A stretch of 61,212 nucleotides of DNA from Chitinophagales bacterium (GCA_035439505.1 DAORKJ010000006.1:1-61212), one strand, 5' to 3'; shown: positions 27,908 through 38,436, counted from the first letter of the stretch. The notes: generated from the sequence alone by a model not told the origin. Translations and numbers: made by a program.

Positions 27908-28226
27908 TGTTTTATTCATTTTATACCTATTAAACATCTCTTTTTTCGGCATCCAAATTTTTTTATGAAATGTTTTCCCCATTTTATATGTTTATTTCAA
28001 CATAACAGCACAGTACGTTTCATCAATCATATTATATAAAAATATATGTGTACAAACCCGATGCACTGTAAATCATACAAAAGGTCGTTTATGAACATGG
28101 AGGTGGAAAAGTGTGACTTGTTTGTAAACACTTTTATGTCATACTTTCGTAAAACCTCTCGCCGAAAAGTGGGAGGTTTTTCTGTCAATAACCAATTACG
28201 AACCGAAACGAATCTTATCACAATTT

Positions 28227-31200
28227 ATGGCCAGCGCTAAAAAACAAAAAGCAGGGTTACAATTTGACCGCTACTTTACAAAAGAAGGAGTGAGCCCCTT
28301 CGACCAGTACGAATACGAGCTCCGTTCATCCGTTATCCGGAATACAACCGGTGACGCAGTATTTGAAATGTATAATGTTGAAGTTCCTAAAGAATGGAGT
28401 CAAGTGGCTACCGATATTCTTGCGCAAAAGTATTTCCGCAAGGCTGGTGTTCCACAAGCTGATGGTTCATTAGGAAGCGAAACCTCTATTAAACAGGTTG
28501 CACACCGTTTAGCTGATTGCTGGAAGCAATGGGGTGAAGACTATGGTTATTTCTCATCAAAAAAAGATGCTAATATCTTTTATGAAGAGTTAGTATATAT
28601 GATAGTTGGTCAGTTAGCTGCTCCTAACTCACCACAATGGTTCAATACCGGTTTATATTCTACCTATGGCATTAAAGGAAAGCCACAGGGACATTATTAT
28701 GTTGACCCGGTAACAGAAGAGCTTAAAAAATCTACCTCTGCTTACGAGCGCCCTCAGCCACATGCTTGCTTTATTTTAAGTGTGGACGACGATTTAGTAA
28801 ATCAGGGTGGTATTATGGATTTGTGGACACGCGAAGCACGTATCTTTAAATACGGCTCAGGTGTTGGTACCAATTATTCGAAAATTCGTGGTGAAGGTGA
28901 AAAATTATCTGGTGGCGGAACATCAAGTGGCTTAATGAGCTTCTTAAAAATTGGTGATGCTGCTGCCGGTGCAATTAAATCAGGTGGAACAACACGTCGT
29001 GCGGCCAAAATGGTGTGTTTAGACCTCGATCACCCGGAAATTGAAACGTTTATTGACTGGAAAGTAAAAGAAGAAGATAAAGTTGCTGCCTTAATTGCTG
29101 CTGGTTATTCATCTGATTATGAAGGTGAAGCTTACCGCACAGTTTCAGGACAAAACTCTAATAACTCGGTTCGTGTTTCTAATAAATTCTTCAAAGCACT
29201 TGAAGAAGAAAAAGAATGGGAATTGATTGGTCGCTCTAACGGTAAAGTGATGAAAACCGTTGATGCGAAAAAATTGTGGGAAAAAATTGCTTACGCTGCG
29301 TGGCGTTGTGCTGACCCAGGTATTCAATATGATACTACTATCAACGAGTGGCATACATGTCCTAAATCAGGACGTATCAATGCATCTAACCCATGCAGCG
29401 AATATATGTTCCTCGACAATACCGCTTGTAACCTTGCATCTATCAACTTACGCAAGTTTTACGACGACGATAAACTCGTATTTAATGTAGAAGCATTTGA
29501 ACATGCTTGTCGCATCTGGACTGTAGTATTGGAAGTTTCAGTATTAATGGCGCAATTCCCTTCAAAAGAAGTAGCGCAATTATCTTACGAATTCCGTACA
29601 CTCGGTTTAGGATTTGCTAACCTCGGTTCTGTATTAATGGTATCGGGTATTCCTTATGATAGCGATAAAGCTCGTGCAATTGCAGGTTCTATTTCTGCTA
29701 TCATGACCGGTATTTCCTATAAAACATCGGCTGAAATGGCGGGCGTTTTAGGAACATTTAAAGGTTACGATTTAAATAAAGAAGATATGATGCGTGTTAT
29801 GCGTAACCACCGTTATGCAGCATATAATGCATCAGAAAATTACGAAAACCTCGAAATCAAACCAATGGGTATCGATCAGGCATTATGTCCTGAATACTTA
29901 CTCAAAGCGGCTTGTAACGCATGGGATGGCGCATTGCAATTAGGTGAACAATTTGGTTACCGCAACGCGCAAGCCACAGTAATTGCTCCAACAGGAACAA
30001 TTGGTTTATTAATGGATTGCGATACTACCGGTGTTGAACCTGATTTTGCTTTAGTGAAATTCAAAAAATTATCAGGTGGTGGTTATTTCAAAATTATTAA
30101 CCAAAGTATTCCGCTTGCACTCAAAAATCTTGGATATAAAGACGAAAGTATTCAGGCAATTGTTGATTATGCAAAAGGAACCGGTACATTAAAAGGTGCA
30201 CCACATATCAATTTCGAATCATTAAAACTGAAAGGTTTTACGCATGAAGAAGTGGAACATGTGGATTCAATAATGGCTGCTGCATTTGATATCAGCTTTG
30301 CATTTAACGTATTCACTTTAGGTGAAGCAACCATGGAACGCCTTGGTTACAGCGCCGAACATTATACTGAACCCGGATTTAATTTATTACGCGCATTAGG
30401 TTTCTCAAGAGAAGAAATTGAAGCTGCTAATAATCACATTTGTGGTACCATGACAATTGAAGGTGCACCACAATTATTAGAAAAACATTATTCAGTATTT
30501 GATTGCGCAAATAAATGCGGAAAAATTGGTGAACGTTATATCCACCAATACGGTCACGTGCGTATGATGGGTGCCGTTCAACCATTTATTTCAGGTGCTA
30601 TTTCTAAAACCATCAACCTCCCTAACGAGGCAACGGTTGAAGATATTGAAGGTTGTTATATGATGAGCTGGCAGTTGGGATTAAAAGCAAATGCTTTATA
30701 TCGCGACGGTTCTAAATTATCGCAACCACTTTCTACCAAAAGCGATGCAAAAGAGGAAAAAGAAGCACCAAAACACGAATGGACTTCAGAAGAAGTACTC
30801 GAAGCAGCACGCAGCATTATTATGCAGTCAACTGATACTATTTTCAAACGTCAGTTGTCACGCGTAGTTGAACGCAAAAAATTACCTGCGAAACGCGATG
30901 GCTTTACACAAAAATCTAAAATTGGTGGTCAAACCATATTTGTGCGCACAGGTGAATATGAAGATGGCACGTTAGGTGAAATCTTTATCGATATGCACAA
31001 AGAAGGTGCTTCATATCGTTCATTGTTAAACTGTTTTGCTATTGCAGTATCTATCGGTTTACAATACGGTGTGCCACTGGAAGAATTTGCTGATAAATTT
31101 ACTTTCACCCGTTTCGAACCAAGCGGACCGGTTGATCACGCCAATATTAAATTCAGTACTTCGATAGTAGATTATGTATTCCGTTTATTAGGATTCGAAT

Positions 31201-31514
31201 ATTTAAATCGTACCGACTTAGTGCATGTTGCACCGGAAGATTTAAGTACTTTAGAAAAATCGACTCAGGATATTTCGACGGAAGCTACCGGCAACTATCC
31301 GGTAACTGAACCGATTGCAGAATCAAAAGAGAAAAAAGCACAAGCAACAAGAAAAGCTACTGCCGAAAAATACGAAATAGTTAATGCTACAGATGCAGCT
31401 AACAAATCGTTAATGGGCGATGCTCCACCTTGTCCGAAATGTGGTCACACCACTATTCGCAACGGTACTTGCTACAAATGCTTAAACTGTGGCGAAAGCT
31501 TAGGATGCAGTTGA
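28227..31514 (+). CDS. nrdJ: Vitamin B12-dependent (class II) ribonucleotide reductase
   Basis: PNSPQWFN, QPHACFI, GGTTRRAAKM, ASNPCSEY, APTGTI, SGAISKTINLP, TSCPD-like domain, C-terminal CPKC..CLNCGESLGCS. Confidence 0.96.
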   Translation: MASAKKQKAGLQFDRYFTKEGVSPFDQYEYELRSSVIRNTTGDAVFEMYNVEVPKEWSQVATDILAQKYFRKAGVPQADGSLGSETSIKQVAHRLADCWKQWGEDYGYFSSKKDANIFYEELVYMIVGQLAAPNSPQWFNTGLYSTYGIKGKPQGHYYVDPVTEELKKSTSAYERPQPHACFILSVDDDLVNQGGIMDLWTREARIFKYGSGVGTNYSKIRGEGEKLSGGGTSSGLMSFLKIGDAAAGAIKSGGTTRRAAKMVCLDLDHPEIETFIDWKVKEEDKVAALIAAGYSSDYEGEAYRTVSGQNSNNSVRVSNKFFKALEEEKEWELIGRSNGKVMKTVDAKKLWEKIAYAAWRCADPGIQYDTTINEWHTCPKSGRINASNPCSEYMFLDNTACNLASINLRKFYDDDKLVFNVEAFEHACRIWTVVLEVSVLMAQFPSKEVAQLSYEFRTLGLGFANLGSVLMVSGIPYDSDKARAIAGSISAIMTGISYKTSAEMAGVLGTFKGYDLNKEDMMRVMRNHRYAAYNASENYENLEIKPMGIDQALCPEYLLKAACNAWDGALQLGEQFGYRNAQATVIAPTGTIGLLMDCDTTGVEPDFALVKFKKLSGGGYFKIINQSIPLALKNLGYKDESIQAIVDYAKGTGTLKGAPHINFESLKLKGFTHEEVEHVDSIMAAAFDISFAFNVFTLGEATMERLGYSAEHYTEPGFNLLRALGFSREEIEAANNHICGTMTIEGAPQLLEKHYSVFDCANKCGKIGERYIHQYGHVRMMGAVQPFISGAISKTINLPNEATVEDIEGCYMMSWQLGLKANALYRDGSKLSQPLSTKSDAKEEKEAPKHEWTSEEVLEAARSIIMQSTDTIFKRQLSRVVERKKLPAKRDGFTQKSKIGGQTIFVRTGEYEDGTLGEIFIDMHKEGASYRSLLNCFAIAVSIGLQYGVPLEEFADKFTFTRFEPSGPVDHANIKFSTSIVDYVFRLLGFEYLNRTDLVHVAPEDLSTLEKSTQDISTEATGNYPVTEPIAESKEKKAQATRKATAEKYEIVNATDAANKSLMGDAPPCPKCGHTTIRNGTCYKCLNCGESLGCS

Positions 31515-31531
31515 TCTTAAACCATTGATAT

Positions 31532-31560
31532 AAAAAACCCGGCATTGTCCGGGTTTTTTT
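31532..31560 (+). terminator. Intrinsic terminator after nrdJ
   Basis: AAAAAACCCGG-CATTGT-CCGGGTTTTTTT. Confidence 0.9.
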
Positions 31561-32069
31561 ATGAATGATGAGTTGTTCGCGGAGCTCACATGAGTAATGA
31601 GCGGTGTATCGAGGCTTGTAAGTCTTAATAATTGCTTGTAATGCTATCTAAAAATGTTGTGTCAAATATTAAATGTCAAGTTCATCCAAAATCACTCATC
31701 ACTCATTCCTCATTTCTCATCGAATGAGTAATGAGTTGTCCGCCTCGGCGGACATGAGTGATGAGTGGCTCTGAGTGAAAATTAAATGATGAAAATTGCC
31801 TGTACTTTTTTAGTAGTTATGAAATGATTTGCCTAAATCCTTCGTGTTACTTCGAGGCTCACTGCGCGAAATTGAAAGATTAACACGTTCATTGCCTTGA
31901 AACATTTGCATGAAATGGTGACGAACTACATTCGAAAACAGGCCACAAAGTCTCCAAGTAGCTCAAAGCAACACAAAGGCGAAACATCTAAACACCTTGA
32001 TATTTTACTCCACTCACTCACCCCATCAGCTAATCAGCTAATTTGCTAATTAGCTAATTAGCTAATTGA
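31561..32069. repeat. Intergenic repeat hub: ATGAGT(A/G) heptamer arrays, GTCCGCCnnGGCGGAC palindrome, AGCTAATT octamer tandem
   Basis: Heptamers at 31561-31600, 31691-31720 (inverted) and 31724-31767; octamers at about 32028-32069; motifs recur at 43.0-43.9 kb. Confidence 0.7.
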
Positions 32070-32139
32070 AATGTTAAAGTGAATCCCCAAAAATCATAAT
32101 CTGCCAATCATTGCGTTAATTTGTTCTGAATTCAACCAC

Positions 32140-32610
32140 ATGTCGCTCAAAAACAGCCCTCTCCTCTTGTTGGCAGCAATTATTATCAGTTCCTGCTCCG
32201 GAAAAAAATCAACACCGGAAAATGTTGCTTTAGAATTTTATAACCAATTGTTTAATGAACATAACCTGGAAAAAGCAAGTGAATTAGTAACAGCAGCAAG
32301 CAAAGAAAAATTGAGCAACGATTTTAAATTTATTGAAGGCGCTTTACAAATTGTACAGGAAGCAACACCAACAACTTATATTTATAAAGTAGATGCAGAT
32401 AAATCTAAAATTGGTAACGACTCTGCCTTTATACATATATGGACATCGTTAGACAGTACTACAATGGAAACTTTATTAATTAAAGAAAATGAAACATGGT
32501 TGGTGGATTTTAATTACACTCCACCTGTTGATGCCTTCAATAAAGAATTAGTAGATGATGTATTAAAAGAAATGCAACAGTTTGTCGACACTGTGACTAT
32601 TGCAAAATAA
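32140..32610 (+). CDS. Lipoprotein, DUF4878/NTF2-like
   Basis: Lipobox IISSC; TPENVALEFY; LIKENETWLV. Confidence 0.7.
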   Translation: MSLKNSPLLLLAAIIISSCSGKKSTPENVALEFYNQLFNEHNLEKASELVTAASKEKLSNDFKFIEGALQIVQEATPTTYIYKVDADKSKIGNDSAFIHIWTSLDSTTMETLLIKENETWLVDFNYTPPVDAFNKELVDDVLKEMQQFVDTVTIAK

Positions 32611-32612
32611 AA

Positions 32613-33719
32613 TTAATCTTCTTCAAACGGATTTTGATAAATAGGATTATCCTTTAGTGTATGGTCCGTAAGTGTTTTTAAAAATGCAATTAATTGTGCT
32701 TTTTCTGTTGCATCTAATTGAACACCTCCCTGAAATGCAAATTGCATAAAATTATCGGTAAACTGTGTGTCGTTTACACCTTCTGAATAATAATCCAATA
32801 CTTCTTCTAAAGTGGCGAAACGCCCGTCGTGCATATATGGCGCCGTTAATTCGATATTGCGTAATGAGGGTGTTTTAAATTTCCCATAATCGGAAGTATC
32901 ACCGGTAATTAAACCGTAACCGGCATCGGCAAAATCAAAATATCTGTTTGCAAGGTCAATACCATTATTGCGATAAATATAATCTGAAAACAATCCACCA
33001 TTTACACCGTGGCAGTGAAAACAATCGCCACCTTCCAGGGATTCAAATGATAAAAAACCGGCTAATTCGTCGTCAGTAAAAAATGCAAATCCTGCTACAA
33101 CACTATCAAATTTAGAGTTGCCTGCTAACAGCGATTTTACAAATTGTGCTAAAGCTTTTCCTGTTAAGTCTGCAGTAATTTTCGATTCGCCAAATGCTTC
33201 ATAAAACATTTTAGGATAAATATCTGAACGCGATAATTTTGTTATTACATTAGGTAATATTTCATGCATTTCAACCGGGTCCTGAATTGGCATTAACGCT
33301 TGGTCTTCTAAAGTTGTTGCACGTCCATCCCAAAAAAATCCGTTATCATATGGTTGAAATCCCAAATTAAAAATGGGCATTGCATTTCTTTTTCCGGCAA
33401 TTCCATCTATACCAATACTAAACTTAACCGTATCAGAAAATGCATGGTTCACACTATGGCAACCTGCACACGATAGTGAACTATCAGCAGATAAAATGGG
33501 GTCATAAAATAAATATCTCCCTAATTCAACACCTTTTGCGGTCAACGGATTACCATTGGTATTTGGCACATTTGGAATGCCCATAGGCGACATAACCGCA
33601 TACGGCGTTGGATCGTACACCCATTCTTCGCCGCTAAAAATTTCGGGGTCTATTTTACACTGAGTAAAAAGTATAACAAAAAAACTAAAAAACAATATTG
33701 TTAAGCTACGCCATTTCAT
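32613..33719 (-). CDS. Di-heme cytochrome c peroxidase family (MbnH/MauG-like)
   Basis: CAGCH and CFHCH heme motifs, FFWDGRA, FKTPSLRNI..APYMHDG. Confidence 0.92.
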   Translation of the reverse strand: MKWRSLTILFFSFFVILFTQCKIDPEIFSGEEWVYDPTPYAVMSPMGIPNVPNTNGNPLTAKGVELGRYLFYDPILSADSSLSCAGCHSVNHAFSDTVKFSIGIDGIAGKRNAMPIFNLGFQPYDNGFFWDGRATTLEDQALMPIQDPVEMHEILPNVITKLSRSDIYPKMFYEAFGESKITADLTGKALAQFVKSLLAGNSKFDSVVAGFAFFTDDELAGFLSFESLEGGDCFHCHGVNGGLFSDYIYRNNGIDLANRYFDFADAGYGLITGDTSDYGKFKTPSLRNIELTAPYMHDGRFATLEEVLDYYSEGVNDTQFTDNFMQFAFQGGVQLDATEKAQLIAFLKTLTDHTLKDNPIYQNPFEED

Positions 33720-33764
33720 TTGTAAGTAAAGTTAGATAAAAAACAAAAATATCATCAAAATAAT

Positions 33765-34802
33765 TCAATCTTCACCTAAGTCCGGATTATTAATGAATTG
33801 ATTATCAGTTAATGTATTTAAAAACAATATTAAATTTTCTTTTTCCTGGGCGGTTAAAACAAATCCCTGAATTAATTCACTCTGATTAATATGACCGCTG
33901 CCTCCATTGGCATAACTATCAATAATTGCTTCGAGACTATTAATTTGTCCGTTATGCATATACGGACCGGTTAATGCAATATTGCGCAAGGTGGGCACTT
34001 TAAATTTACCGACATCTTCACTTAATAACGATATTCTGGCGCGACCGGAATCTGCGCTGTAATCAGCAAAAAAACCATTGTTTTGATATGTGAAATCAGT
34101 AAATAAATAACCACTATGACAGGAAGCACATTTTAGTGCCGGACTAAAAAATAATTGCATACCATTTATTTCCTGTTCATTAAGCACTTCCGTTTTCCCT
34201 TGATAATAATATTGATCAAAACGTGTATTACCACTTATTATCGTTCTTTCGAAAGCGGCTAATGCACGTGTTATTCCAAATGGGTCCGGGTTTGTGCCAA
34301 ACACATTATTAAATGCATCTACATATTCATCATCAGCATTTAATCTGTTTACCAATAATACCATATTAAAATCCATTTCGAAATGTGTTTCAATAGGCAC
34401 ATACACCTGTGTTTCTAGTGTCGGATTCCCACCATCCATCAACATTTCAGGCGACCAGGCTATATTGGTTAAGGTGGGTGCATTTCTAAATCCCAGACGG
34501 CCTTCTACACCGGCCGTAACAGCAACATTATCGGAAAAAGCAAATTCCTGTTTATGACATGTTCCACATGAAATGGTAGAGTCGACAGACAATGCTTTTT
34601 CATAAAATAATTTCTTTCCTAAAGCAATTTTGGCTGTGGTTAAAGGATTATCCTCAGGAATATTTGGAAAAACAAAACCGGATGGTACGTTTAACACATA
34701 CGCATCCGGTTCAACAATAATTTTTGGGTCTTTTGCGCAAGAACTAAAAATAATTCCCGCAAAGAATAAACATATATAATATGTTGTATTCTGTTTTTTC
34801 AT
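33765..34802 (-). CDS. Second di-heme cytochrome c peroxidase family lipoprotein (MbnH/MauG-like)
   Basis: Lipobox FSSC; CGTCH and CASCH; FKVPTLRNI..GPYMHNG. Confidence 0.92.
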   Translation of the reverse strand: MKKQNTTYYICLFFAGIIFSSCAKDPKIIVEPDAYVLNVPSGFVFPNIPEDNPLTTAKIALGKKLFYEKALSVDSTISCGTCHKQEFAFSDNVAVTAGVEGRLGFRNAPTLTNIAWSPEMLMDGGNPTLETQVYVPIETHFEMDFNMVLLVNRLNADDEYVDAFNNVFGTNPDPFGITRALAAFERTIISGNTRFDQYYYQGKTEVLNEQEINGMQLFFSPALKCASCHSGYLFTDFTYQNNGFFADYSADSGRARISLLSEDVGKFKVPTLRNIALTGPYMHNGQINSLEAIIDSYANGGSGHINQSELIQGFVLTAQEKENLILFLNTLTDNQFINNPDLGED

Positions 34803-35618
34803 TTATTCTTCAGCAGAAAACATATTAAAAATGTTTTCATATAACAAGCTTGAAAGAGCAGCATTATCTGTTACATGTGTTGTATTGTCATTTGCCATAT
34901 CAACACCCGTAAAAAAAGTATCCCAATTAGCATCAAGGTGTACAATATTTTCATTTCCTTCTGCGATAGTAATAGGTAAATCAATTTCAATTGTGGCTAC
35001 ATAAGCGTCACTTCCTAAATGCATTTCAAATTGGCCATCCGGGTCAGGTACGCCATTGCCATCGGCATCAGCTTCGCCGTCGATACGAACAAAAATATAA
35101 CCGAAACTCCATCCCCAATGCATAGCTGGGAATTGAGCACCTAAGGGATTGCCAATGTCATATTTACTGGGATCGGCATGGTTGGTAACGGAATCTATAC
35201 CAATATCAAACCTAATCTGGGTATAATCGCCGGCAGGGAAATTGCCTATAGCATAAGCTTCTTCTTCAGGTTTCACTAACAAATAAACGTCATCGTTCGT
35301 GATTTCGTTACCTGCAGCATCAACTAAAGTAATGGCTGAAACATAAAACTGTACTAAATTCAAATTAGTAACTACTCCATTTATAGTATAGGCAGTCTCT
35401 TCAACAAGCTCTCCGCCCCCAATATTTTGATGCATATGCAAGGTTACAGCTACATCATCGTCGCTGGCATACTCACAACCCTTATCTACCTCAGCTTCAG
35501 GGTCATAGTTCAATGCTGCCTGGTCCATGCACCCTTCTTTTTTAGCACATGAACTAAGGAACATAACAGCACTAATGGTGGTTAAGGTGAGGAGGAAAAC
35601 AGATTTTTTCATTTTCAT
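34803..35618 (-). CDS. mbnP: MbnP-like copper-binding lipoprotein
   Basis: Lipobox FLSSC; FDIGID..NHADP; MHWGWSFGYIF (WxW); EMHLG; TTH; directly upstream of MbnH-like genes. Confidence 0.8.
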   Translation of the reverse strand: MKMKKSVFLLTLTTISAVMFLSSCAKKEGCMDQAALNYDPEAEVDKGCEYASDDDVAVTLHMHQNIGGGELVEETAYTINGVVTNLNLVQFYVSAITLVDAAGNEITNDDVYLLVKPEEEAYAIGNFPAGDYTQIRFDIGIDSVTNHADPSKYDIGNPLGAQFPAMHWGWSFGYIFVRIDGEADADGNGVPDPDGQFEMHLGSDAYVATIEIDLPITIAEGNENIVHLDANWDTFFTGVDMANDNTTHVTDNAALSSLLYENIFNMFSAEE

Positions 35619-35651
35619 GCTTACTTTTTGTTTAAGTTCAAAACTTTATAG

Positions 35652-35742
35652 CAAAGATAGCCGTTATAACGTAGTAAATGGTGACTTATGATATGCCTGA
35701 CAAGCTAAAAGAGGTCAATTTGACATAAAAATGGTAATTTTG
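35652..35742. promoter_or_regulatory. Divergent promoter pair of the copper locus
   Basis: TATCTTTG (minus, 35652-35659) and TAATTTTG (plus, 35735-35742), with a GTCAATTTGAC palindrome between them. Confidence 0.55.
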
Positions 35743-35747
35743 TACTA

Positions 35748-36146
35748 ATGAACAAGGTGTTTAAACGTTTTGGTGCCTATTTAATGATGGTGGTATTATT
35801 TACTACATCAACGGGGTTTACCATGTTTTCACACATGTGTTTTATGGATGGACAGCAAGCAGTTTCTGCTTCTAAAATAGATTCTTGTTGTCCGATTGAC
35901 CAGGTTTCAGATATAACATCTTTAACTTCAGATTGCTGTGATGATGAAACCAATTTTTACAAATTAGATTATCAGGCATCAGTTCAACGTTCTGACGACA
36001 ATAGTTTTGTTTTAATGGCAACGTTTTTATTTCAATCATTTACTGCCTCTGAAACAAGTATTGTAGCATTAACCAATTATTCTCCGCAACCACCGCCTAA
36101 ATCAGGGCGAGAAATTTTGTCCGACATCAGGACGCTTCAGATTTGA
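35748..36146 (+). CDS. HYC_CC_PP-type Cys-rich protein
   Basis: STGFT..HMC, SCC, DCC, PPP pattern upstream of a TonB-dependent receptor. Confidence 0.8.
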   Translation: MNKVFKRFGAYLMMVVLFTTSTGFTMFSHMCFMDGQQAVSASKIDSCCPIDQVSDITSLTSDCCDDETNFYKLDYQASVQRSDDNSFVLMATFLFQSFTASETSIVALTNYSPQPPPKSGREILSDIRTLQI

Positions 36147-36219
36147 TTTTCATTTTAGTGTAATTGTGTTTTTCAGCTCTTGAAGAACATTTTAGTCATT
36201 TATTTTAAATTATACTCAA

Positions 36220-38436
36220 ATGAAATATTATAATTATATATTATTGGTGCTTTTAGGCTTAAGCAAAATATCTTTTTCACAAGATGTTTCCGGCCATGTT
36301 ATGAGCACAGATGAACAAGGTAAAATGGTTGGTTTGCCCGGGGCCAACATTGTATGGTTGAACACCACTACGGGAACAGTTTCTAATGAATTGGGATTTT
36401 TTACATTAAATCGTACGGATAATAACCAACAATTTATTGTTGTAAGTTATGTAGGGTATGAAAATGATACATTAGATACTAAAAACAATAATTCGTTGCA
36501 TGTAATGTTAACACCAATTGCCGATTTAGCAGTTGTTACAATTGAAGGTGAAACCGGAGGAAGAACAATCAATACCATCAATACCATAAATACGGAAACA
36601 CTAAACAGAAAAGAATTATTAAAAGCAGCATGTTGTAATCTGAGTGAAAGTTTTGAAACCAACAACACCGTAGATGCTGAATTTAGTGATGCGATTACCG
36701 GTGCAAAAACAATTAAATTGTTGGGATTAGATGGGGTTTATTCTCAAATCATGGTTGAAAATATGCCTAATGTTCGTGGGTTGGCATCGAGTTATGGCTT
36801 AACATTTATTCCCGGTCCGTGGATTGAAAGTATTCAAATTACAAAAGGCCCCGGCTCAGTTGTGAATGGATATGAGGGCATTACAGGAGCAATAAATACA
36901 GAAATTAAAAAGCCTTATGATATAGATGATGAAATTTGGTTGATTAATTTATTTGCCAGTAACTCCGGCAGATATGAAGCCAATGTTAATTTTAAACATC
37001 TGTTTAATGAAAAATGGGCAACTGCACTTTACACGCATACCAGTCAGCTGCAAAACAAACTGGACCACAATGGTGATACATTTTTAGATGCTCCACTCAA
37101 TTCGACTTACGCTGTTATGAACAAATGGAATTATTTTTCCGATAATATTCACGAAGCGCAGTTTGGATTTAAATATGTTAAAAGTGATTTAACTGGTGGT
37201 CAGATCAATTATGATAAATCGCTTGAGCCCTCGGTTAACAATGGTTATGGAGTAGAAGTAAATATCAATCGATTTGAGGCATTTATGAAAAACGGATTTG
37301 TATTTGATCGCCCAAACACTTCAATTGGAACCATCGTGAATTTTGCGCAACATGAACAGAATGGGTTGTTTGGTTTGAACCGCTATAACGGTAAAGAGGT
37401 ATATGCATCTGCTAATTTTATTTTTCAGTCGTTTATTTTAAATACCAATCATACCATAAAAACCGGAGCGAGTTATTTATATAACGATTTTGATGAGGTG
37501 TTTGATTCTATAAATTATTTGCGCAAAGAATCTGTTCCCGGAATATTTGCTGAGTATCAATATAAACCCGATGATAAGTTGAGTATACTTGTGGGTGTTC
37601 GTGGAGACCAGCACAATTTATATGGCACATTTATTACTCCACGTTTGCATGTGAAATACAATGCGTTTAAGTCAACAACAATTCGGGCTTCAATAGGAAA
37701 AGGTTATCGGACGGCAAATGTTTTTGCAGAAAATACCACATTACTTACCAGCAACCGTAGTTTGGTAATAACCGAATCGTTATTGCCGGAGCAGGGATGG
37801 AATTATGGGTTTACTGTAATTCAACCATTTAAACTCAACTTTAGAGAGGGTACTTTTACATTAGATGTTTACCGCACCGATTTTGTGAATCAGGTTGTAG
37901 TAGATATTGATTCTGATGACGATTCAATTTATATTTATAATTTAAAAGGTGATTCTTATAGCAATGTTTTGCAAGCAGAAATAAATTATGAATTATTAAA
38001 AAGATTTGAAATTAGAACCGCCTACAAGTATATTGATGCACAAGAAACATTTAATGGTGAATTATTAGAGGTGCCTCTCACCTATAAACACAGAGGTTTA
38101 ATAAATTTGAGTTATGAGTGGAAACGCGCTGGTTTACTTTTTGATGCCACATCACAATTTTATGGAACAAGCCGTTTGCCAAATTTAAGCGATAACCATG
38201 AGGCACATGATTTGGGGACAACTTCACCGGCGTATACATTGTTTATGGGGCAAATAACCAAACAGTTCAAAAAGCTGGAAATTTATGCGGGCTCTGAAAA
38301 TATTGGCAATTACACGCAACATGAACCTATAATTGGCGCAACCAATCCTTTTGGCGAGGATTTTGATGCCTCTGTAATTTATGCACCACTAATGGAACGT
38401 AAATTTTACGGAGGAATACGTTTAATATTTAATTAA
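36220..38436 (+). CDS. TonB-dependent receptor (metal uptake type)
   Basis: Carboxypeptidase-like N-domain, KAACCNLSESFETN plug, IQITKGPGSV, C-terminal YGGIRLIFN. Confidence 0.93.
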   Translation: MKYYNYILLVLLGLSKISFSQDVSGHVMSTDEQGKMVGLPGANIVWLNTTTGTVSNELGFFTLNRTDNNQQFIVVSYVGYENDTLDTKNNNSLHVMLTPIADLAVVTIEGETGGRTINTINTINTETLNRKELLKAACCNLSESFETNNTVDAEFSDAITGAKTIKLLGLDGVYSQIMVENMPNVRGLASSYGLTFIPGPWIESIQITKGPGSVVNGYEGITGAINTEIKKPYDIDDEIWLINLFASNSGRYEANVNFKHLFNEKWATALYTHTSQLQNKLDHNGDTFLDAPLNSTYAVMNKWNYFSDNIHEAQFGFKYVKSDLTGGQINYDKSLEPSVNNGYGVEVNINRFEAFMKNGFVFDRPNTSIGTIVNFAQHEQNGLFGLNRYNGKEVYASANFIFQSFILNTNHTIKTGASYLYNDFDEVFDSINYLRKESVPGIFAEYQYKPDDKLSILVGVRGDQHNLYGTFITPRLHVKYNAFKSTTIRASIGKGYRTANVFAENTTLLTSNRSLVITESLLPEQGWNYGFTVIQPFKLNFREGTFTLDVYRTDFVNQVVVDIDSDDDSIYIYNLKGDSYSNVLQAEINYELLKRFEIRTAYKYIDAQETFNGELLEVPLTYKHRGLINLSYEWKRAGLLFDATSQFYGTSRLPNLSDNHEAHDLGTTSPAYTLFMGQITKQFKKLEIYAGSENIGNYTQHEPIIGATNPFGEDFDASVIYAPLMERKFYGGIRLIFN

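Noticed and set aside
27910..28226. Cobalamin riboswitch or NrdR boxes upstream of nrdJ
   Set aside because: No B12-box or conserved riboswitch core and no paired NrdR-box consensus visible
28227..31514. Intein in NrdJ
   Set aside because: No intein splice-junction (C/S...HN-C/S/T) or LAGLIDADG motifs seen; the length is explained by the C-terminal TSCPD and zinc-ribbon region
31561..32069. CRISPR array
   Set aside because: Repeats are 7-8-bp tandem units and short palindromes without regular unique spacers; no cas genes
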